From positions 540,001 to 572,000 of the forward strand of contig NC_015067.1 in the NCBI RefSeq assembly GCF_000196555.1: DNA of 32,000 nt. Direction: 5' to 3'. Under the pieces are notes generated by a model, which did not search any database, had not been told where the DNA came from, and saw only the letters and a program-made list of their open reading frames with translations. Below, one piece after another: positions 26,867 through 32,000 of the stretch. Made by a program: the position numbers and the translations under genes. Each line of letters begins with the position of its first letter. Within the stretch, counting starts at the first letter, position 1. The stretch is from Bifidobacterium longum subsp. longum JCM 1217 (GTDB taxonomy: Bacteria > Actinomycetota > Actinomycetes > Actinomycetales > Bifidobacteriaceae).

Positions 26867-27644
26867 GCCACATCGGTATGTGATTGACGAGCCTCATATT
26901 CCGTTTGAGATGGACGTGCTGTATGAGGACGAGCGGATCATCGTGGTGGACAAGCCGCATTTTCTGGCCACCATGCCGCGCGGCATGTGGTATCGGCAGA
27001 CCGCGCTGATCCGATTGCGTGAGCGGCTGGGGGAGCCGGACATCACGCCAGCGCACCGATTGGACCGCATGACCGCCGGCGTATTGGTGTTCGTGCGGGA
27101 TCCGGCCTGCCGCGGCGCGTATCAGATGCTGTTCCAGAACCGGCAGGCCGTCAAGGTCTATGAATGCCTGGCGCCCTGCCGGCCGATCAGCCGCCCGCGA
27201 TTCGGCACGATCATGCAGGTCGAGCCGCCACGCCCGTTCCCATTGCTGCGCCGATCGCACATCACCAAGGAACACGGCACGATGGCCGCATTCGAGGAAC
27301 CGGGTTTGGCCAACGCCGAAACCCTCATCGAGCGCGGCGACCTCTGTTTCCCTCCCGCTGACGGGAGGTGGCGCGAAGCGCCGGAGGGTGGTCCCCATCC
27401 GGGGAATCACCCCATCTGCCGCTACACACTCCACCCGCGCACCGGCAAAACCCACCAATTGCGCGTCCACATGAATTCGCTCGGCCTGCCCATCGTGGGC
27501 GACGACTTCTACCCGCGCATCCAGACGCGCCCCTACGACGATTTCAGCCAACCATTGCAGTTGGTAGCACGCATGCTGCGATTCACCGATCCAATAACAG
27601 GCGAGAAGCGCGAATTCGTTTCCCGTGTGCCGCTTAAGATCTGA
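26859..27644 (+). CDS. RluA-family RNA pseudouridine synthase
   Basis: Has the catalytic motif HRLDRMTAGVLVF and the GKTHQLRVH motif, plus the N-terminal IIVVDKP. The start is uncertain: TTG 26859 overlaps the glmS stop, and GTG 26880 or ATG 26910 are alternatives. Confidence 0.85.
   Translation: MSKPHRYVIDEPHIPFEMDVLYEDERIIVVDKPHFLATMPRGMWYRQTALIRLRERLGEPDITPAHRLDRMTAGVLVFVRDPACRGAYQMLFQNRQAVKVYECLAPCRPISRPRFGTIMQVEPPRPFPLLRRSHITKEHGTMAAFEEPGLANAETLIERGDLCFPPADGRWREAPEGGPHPGNHPICRYTLHPRTGKTHQLRVHMNSLGLPIVGDDFYPRIQTRPYDDFSQPLQLVARMLRFTDPITGEKREFVSRVPLKI
27351..27413 (+). repeat. Copy of the intergenic palindromic repeat family located inside the pseudouridine synthase ORF, translated in frame as PPADGRWREAPEGGPHPGNHP
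   Basis: 27353-27393 (tcccgctgacgggaggtggcgcgaagcgccggagggtggtc) aligns with 21673-21715 (tcccgctggcgggagctgtcgccgaaggcgactgagggtggtc). The flanks match (one mismatch in the left flank, right flank identical) and the central hairpin differs on both arms in a complementary way. Hairpins are cctcccg/cgggagg, ggcgc/gcgcc and cccc/gggg. The element boundaries are approximate. Confidence 0.6.
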
Positions 27645-27679
27645 TTTCTTATGCATTGAGAGTGTTTTCGCTCATGGTG

Positions 27680-27895
27680 TCACCATTCATAGAGTTCGGC
27701 GGGCTGCGGGGTTTTGCGGACATCCAGCGACAAGCCAAGCTCAGTCAGGGCGCTGAGAATGGTGGAGAATTCGGGATTGGGGACTCGGGCGTGTTCAAAT
27801 TCGATCAGCCAGCGACGTGGCACGCCCAGCCGTTGGGCCATGTCGGTCTGACTAATGCCCTGGCGTTGCCTATGAATCACTGGCAGGTGGATCAC
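27680..27895 (-). CDS. Small XRE-family helix-turn-helix protein with a HipB-like antitoxin/regulator architecture
   Basis: 71 aa. RQRQGISQTDMAQRLGVPRRWLIEFE is a canonical XRE HTH, followed by ILSALTELGLSLDV and a tail ending in ...YEW. GTG start at 27895, with a duplicated alternative GTG at 27880. Confidence 0.6.
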   Translation of the reverse strand: MIHLPVIHRQRQGISQTDMAQRLGVPRRWLIEFEHARVPNPEFSTILSALTELGLSLDVRKTPQPAELYEW

Positions 27896-27913
27896 TGGCA
27901 GGTACCAGTGGAT
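27876..27913. repeat. Two direct copies and one inverted copy of ATCACTGG around the XRE gene start, a candidate operator
   Basis: atcactggcaggtgg (27876-27890) is followed by atcactggcaggtac (27891-27905). The first 13 of 15 nt are identical. cactgg (27893-27898) and ccagtg (27905-27910) form a 6-bp inverted repeat with a 6-nt spacer. Confidence 0.8.
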
Positions 27914-27931
27914 GCCAGCGCATGCCGCTCG

Positions 27932-28942
27932 TCAGCTGATGTCGAGCACGGAACCGCGTTCAATCAGTTCCGGCGGGATTACGGTTTTGACGCCGACCGG
28001 TATCTTCTCGCCTTCGCATTGACGGCGGACCATGGAGAAGGCGGTGGCGCCAATGTCGTCAAAGCGCAGCTTCATGGTCGTCAGGTTCAAGCGCGGGACC
28101 ATATCGACCAGCGAATCATCGACGCCCACGATGCTGACATCCTCGGGCACACGCTTGCCCACTGACTGCAACCCGAGCATTGCGCCGTACGCCATCTGGT
28201 CGTTGGCGGCGTAGATGGCCGTGCAGTCGGGGTCGTGGGCCAACGCCACGCCGGCCTGGTAGCCTGAATCCGCGCACCAATCGCCGATATACATGCTCGG
28301 TACGCGTGCTCCCATTTGTTCCAACGCTTCTCGCCAACCGCGGGCGCGGCTTTCGGCGGCACGCGAGGTGGACGGTCCGGCAATGTGGTAGACGGTCTTG
28401 TGTCCCTTGCTCATCAGGTAATCGACGATAGCGATCGAGCAGCCATACTGGTCGGCGTCAACAGTGGGGCAGTGGTCGGCGGCGGATTCGCAGATGAGCA
28501 CGACTGGAAGTTCTCGCGGAGGCTTGTATCCGACGAAATCGGAGATGCGTTCCTCCAGCACTACGATGACACCATCCACCGGCTGACGCTGCATGCGATC
28601 GATGGCGGCGGAAAGCGTGCGTTCCGCACCGTGGCGCATGGTCTGGATGGTGACTGAATAATCGTCATCGGCCGCGTTGGCCACAATAGAATCAAGGATG
28701 CGGGCGTTGCCGAACGTGGCGGTGTTGAACATCACCACGCCGATATCCTGGAAGCGGCCGTGCTTTAGGGCTCGGGCCGCATAATTCGGACGATACCCAA
28801 GGCGTCTCATTGCAGCTTCGACACGCTGGCGTGTTTCGGGTTTCACCGCATCGCTGCCATTCGCCACGCGGGACACTGTCTGTGGCGAAACGCCGGCGGC
28901 TTTCGCTATGTCTTGCATGGACACCTGTGTTGGCCTCGACAT
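27932..28942 (-). CDS. LacI-family transcriptional regulator
   Basis: Has the N-terminal HTH VSMQDIAKAAGVSPQTVSRVANGS, RLGYRPNYAARAL, and a periplasmic-binding-protein-like sugar-sensing core. 336 aa. Confidence 0.92.
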   Translation of the reverse strand: MSRPTQVSMQDIAKAAGVSPQTVSRVANGSDAVKPETRQRVEAAMRRLGYRPNYAARALKHGRFQDIGVVMFNTATFGNARILDSIVANAADDDYSVTIQTMRHGAERTLSAAIDRMQRQPVDGVIVVLEERISDFVGYKPPRELPVVLICESAADHCPTVDADQYGCSIAIVDYLMSKGHKTVYHIAGPSTSRAAESRARGWREALEQMGARVPSMYIGDWCADSGYQAGVALAHDPDCTAIYAANDQMAYGAMLGLQSVGKRVPEDVSIVGVDDSLVDMVPRLNLTTMKLRFDDIGATAFSMVRRQCEGEKIPVGVKTVIPPELIERGSVLDIS

Positions 28943-29010
28943 TTCACCCTCGCTTGACTCATTAATGTCGGTGTTTCGTTTGCAACGCTTATCTTAGGGC
29001 CGCTTACGGT

Positions 29011-29025
29011 AACGATAACATCGTT
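29011..29025. promoter_or_regulatory. Candidate operator: perfect 6-bp inverted repeat aacgat-aac-atcgtt in the lacI / permease divergent region
   Basis: Read directly from the sequence. A second near-palindrome, cgtt-tgc-aacg, lies at 28977-28987. Assignment to the adjacent LacI-family regulator is inference only. Confidence 0.3.
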
Positions 29026-29164
29026 GTCTTCGTGACCATTGTAGCAGAGTGACTGAGAAACCCTTAATTCAACACGGTACTCAACACGATTGGACAATGT
29101 TACAAATGGTGTTATGATGATAACGCAAACATTTTGGTCAACCTTCGAAGGAGAGGGGTTGGGA

Positions 29165-30091
29165 ATGGCTTCAGCCGATATCGCAGCTGCGCCCGTGCAT
29201 TCGGGCAAGGCTCGTGTGAATAAGCACAAGGCCGATTGGCGTGGATGGAAATTCATGTGGCCTTTTGCGGTGGTGTTCGTGTTCGTGTTCATCGTGCCGA
29301 TCGTGTACGCCGTTTATATTTCGTTCTTCAAGAAGCAGATGATCGGCGGCACCAAGTTCGTCGGCTTCGAGAACTACGCGCGCCTGTTGGGTGATGGCCA
29401 GTTCTGGAGCAGTGTTGGTCGTGTGGCCCTGTTCACGTGCGTGCAGGTGCCGATCATGCTGTGCCTGTCGGCTTTGATGGCCCTGGCGTTGGATTCGATG
29501 AAGCTGCATGGCACGAGGTTCTTCCGTATCTCGACGTTCCTGCCCTACGCGGTGCCGGCGGTGGTGTCGACGTTGATCTGGGGTTTCGTGTATGGCGCGA
29601 AGTACGGCCTGGTGGGTTCGTTGAACGATTTCCTGGGCACGGACATCGACGTGCTCGCCCCCAGCGTGTTGTTGGCCAGTATCGGGAACATCGTGACGTG
29701 GGAGTTCACGGGCTACAACATGCTCATCTTCTACAGCTCGCTGTCGACCATCCCGCATTCCCTGTACGAGGCGGCCAGCATCGACGGCGCGTCGGAGTGG
29801 CAGATCGTGAAGAGCATCAAGCTTCCCGAATTGCGCGGCAGCCTGGCGATCACGGTGATCTTCAGCATCATCGGCTCGTTCCAGCTGTTCAACGAGCCGA
29901 GCATTTTGCAGAACATGGTTCCTGGTAATGCGATCACGACGTATTACACGCCGAACATGTACGCGTACAACCTGAGCTTCTCCGGCAACCAGTCGAACTA
30001 CGCGGCCGCGTTGGCGATCGTGATGGCCGTGATCACCATGGCCATCGCCTACATCGTCCAGCTCAACAGCCTCAAGGAGCAGATGAAGTGA
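29165..30091 (+). CDS. Carbohydrate ABC transporter permease (MalF/LacF-like)
   Basis: Six-TM permease with the EAA loop YEAASIDGASEWQIVKSIKLPELRG. ATG 29165 is preceded by GAAGGAGAGGGG, so the start at 29090 in the ORF track looks over-extended. Confidence 0.88.
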   Translation: MASADIAAAPVHSGKARVNKHKADWRGWKFMWPFAVVFVFVFIVPIVYAVYISFFKKQMIGGTKFVGFENYARLLGDGQFWSSVGRVALFTCVQVPIMLCLSALMALALDSMKLHGTRFFRISTFLPYAVPAVVSTLIWGFVYGAKYGLVGSLNDFLGTDIDVLAPSVLLASIGNIVTWEFTGYNMLIFYSSLSTIPHSLYEAASIDGASEWQIVKSIKLPELRGSLAITVIFSIIGSFQLFNEPSILQNMVPGNAITTYYTPNMYAYNLSFSGNQSNYAAALAIVMAVITMAIAYIVQLNSLKEQMK

Positions 30092-30149
30092 CGACGACTA
30101 CTGCTGTTCGTGTTGAGGAATCGATGATGATCGTGAAGGAGCGTATGTG

Positions 30150-31157
30150 ATGAGTGCAGCAACGACTTCGGCCGCCGGTCGCCTGACCGACGCCGAGCTC
30201 AAGGCCCAGGAGAAGGCCGCCAGGAAGGCGGAGAAGGCCCGCCAGAAGAGGATCGCCGCCGACGAGGCCGCCGAACGCAGGCGCAGCGCGAAGGCCGGGT
30301 TCGCGAACGTGAACAACCCGAGGCGTTCCACGTTGTTGACCGTCCTGTGCGCGGTCTTCGCCGTGTACTGCCTGTTCCCGTTCGTCTACCTTTTGATCAA
30401 CGCGACGAAGACGCAGGCCGACTTCACCAGTACGTTCGGCCTGGGCTTCGGCAAGACGTTCGCCCTGTTCGACAACATCGCGACGGTGTTCTCCTATCAG
30501 GACGGTATCTTCGCGCGCTGGCTGTTCAACACGATCCTGTACGTGGTGGTCGGCGCCGGCGGCGCGACCCTGCTGGCGATCATGGGCGGCTACGCTCTGG
30601 CCAAGTTCCGCTTCCCGGGGCGCAAAGCGGTGTTCGTGGTCATCATCGGCGCGATCAGCGTGCCGGGCATCGCTTTGGCGGTTCCCCAGTTCCTCCTGTT
30701 CGCCAAATTGGGCCTGACGAACACCCCGTGGGCCATGATCATCCCGTCGCTGATCAGCCCGTTCGGTTTGTACCTGATGTGGATCTTCAGCGAGCAGGCC
30801 GTGCCCCAGGAGCTGCTGGAGGCCGCCCGCGTGGACGGTGCCTCCGAGTTCCGCACGTTCTGGCAGATCAGCCTCCCGTTGTTGGCTCCGGGCATCGTGA
30901 CGACGGCCCTGTTCACGATCGTGGCGACGTGGAACAACTACTTCCTGCCGTTGATCATGCTCAAGGACGCGGACTGGTACCCGCTGACCATCGGCCTGAA
31001 CCAGTGGAAGGACCAGGCGAGCACGGCCGGCGGCCAGGCGATCCAGAACCTGGTGATCACGGGCTCCCTGATCACGATCATCCCCTTGGTCATCGCGTTC
31101 TTGTGCCTGCAGAAGTACTGGCAGTCCGGCCTGGCCGCAGGCGCCGTCAAGGAGTGA
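30150..31157 (+). CDS. Carbohydrate ABC transporter permease (MalG/LacG-like) with a roughly 55-aa charged N-terminal extension
   Basis: EAA loop is LEAARVDGASEFRTFWQISLPLLAPG. GAAGGAG at 30135-30141 precedes GTG 30147 and ATG 30150. The N-terminus AELKAQEKAARKAEKARQKRIAADEAAERRRSAKA is highly charged. Confidence 0.88.
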   Translation: MSAATTSAAGRLTDAELKAQEKAARKAEKARQKRIAADEAAERRRSAKAGFANVNNPRRSTLLTVLCAVFAVYCLFPFVYLLINATKTQADFTSTFGLGFGKTFALFDNIATVFSYQDGIFARWLFNTILYVVVGAGGATLLAIMGGYALAKFRFPGRKAVFVVIIGAISVPGIALAVPQFLLFAKLGLTNTPWAMIIPSLISPFGLYLMWIFSEQAVPQELLEAARVDGASEFRTFWQISLPLLAPGIVTTALFTIVATWNNYFLPLIMLKDADWYPLTIGLNQWKDQASTAGGQAIQNLVITGSLITIIPLVIAFLCLQKYWQSGLAAGAVKE

Positions 31158-31166
31158 GCGTACTTT

Positions 31167-31190
31167 GGCTCCCTTCTGGTGGAGGGAGCC
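31167..31190. repeat. Hairpin ggctccct / agggagcc, related to the repeat-family hairpins
   Basis: 8-bp stem (31167-31174 / 31183-31190) and 8-nt loop, about 10 nt after the permease stop. Confidence 0.6.
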
Positions 31191-31217
31191 GAGATAAAGG
31201 CGCATAACCACTAACAG

Positions 31218-31272
31218 AAGGAGGCACCTATGCAGATATTCGCATTGTTGAGAATTGTGCAGGTGCCTCCTT
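31218..31272. repeat. Perfect 12-bp inverted repeat aaggaggcacct ... aggtgcctcctt separated by 31 nt
   Basis: The left arm (31218-31229) is a consensus SD. The right arm (31261-31272) is its exact reverse complement. Confidence 0.85.
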
Positions 31273-31315
31273 GTGTGTCTGTGCAACGTGAGGAATTTAT
31301 TCCCGTAGACGCAGA

Positions 31316-31325
31316 TTATCGATAA
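31316..31325. promoter_or_regulatory. 10-bp perfect palindrome ttatcgataa upstream of the beta-galactosidase gene, a candidate LacI-type operator half-region
   Basis: Read directly. It has a central CG, as in many LacI-family operators, and lies 26 nt upstream of ATG 31351. It overlaps a TAAAAT -10-like hexamer (31323-31328). Confidence 0.25.
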
Positions 31326-31344
31326 AATTCAATAAAGGAACTGA

Positions 31345-32000
<656 letters not shown>

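Noticed and set aside
27896-27934. The LacI stop codon (TGA) and the XRE ORF are in the same frame, 12 sense codons apart. This could mean stop-codon readthrough producing a LacI-XRE fusion.
   Set aside because: Sharing a frame has a one-in-three chance expectation. No readthrough-promoting context is recognisable. A GTG start plus an operator-like repeat fits a separate gene better.
27656-28165. 169-aa + strand ORF overlapping the XRE and LacI genes.
   Set aside because: It is antisense to two ORFs with clear HTH/LacI motifs. Its translation has no recognisable features and there is no SD.

Overview
GC-rich window with almost every gene on the + strand. It reads as a core chromosomal segment of a high-GC Gram-positive bacterium, and gene content, order and protein sequences look Bifidobacterium-like (inference from memory, no search run). 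In order: the 3' end of a helicase-nuclease gene, an MFS transporter, dapB, dapA, RNase J, aminopeptidase N, a TSUP/TauE-type membrane protein, a short patch of weak hypothetical ORFs, glmM, def, a DEDDh exonuclease, prfB, ftsE, ftsX, a secreted coiled-coil + CHAP hydrolase, smpB, a polar amino-acid ABC transporter (two tandem paralogous lipoprotein binding proteins, permease, ATPase), glmS and an RluA-family pseudouridine synthase. On the minus strand sit a small HipB-like XRE regulator and a LacI-family regulator. The LacI gene is divergent from two sugar ABC permeases and the 5' part of a GH42 beta-galactosidase. I found no rRNA, tRNA, tmRNA, CRISPR array, IS element or prophage. I also see no convincing new multi-gene system, because this is mostly housekeeping DNA. 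The observations most worth follow-up are: (1) a family of structured GGGAGC-hairpin-GAGGG palindromic repeats in intergenic gaps, with one copy apparently embedded in frame inside the pseudouridine synthase gene; (2) an orphan HipB-like HTH gene whose start lies in a cluster of ATCACTGG repeats; (3) a 12-bp inverted repeat that could sequester a perfect Shine-Dalgarno sequence plus a 31-codon uORF upstream of the beta-galactosidase; (4) the ftsEX + coiled-coil CHAP hydrolase module, with an unusually long FtsE tail; (5) several in-frame short tandem repeats in coding regions; (6) a possibly decayed gene patch at 10.4-11.2 kb. Many long minus-strand ORFs in the track are antisense shadows of + strand genes and were not called.
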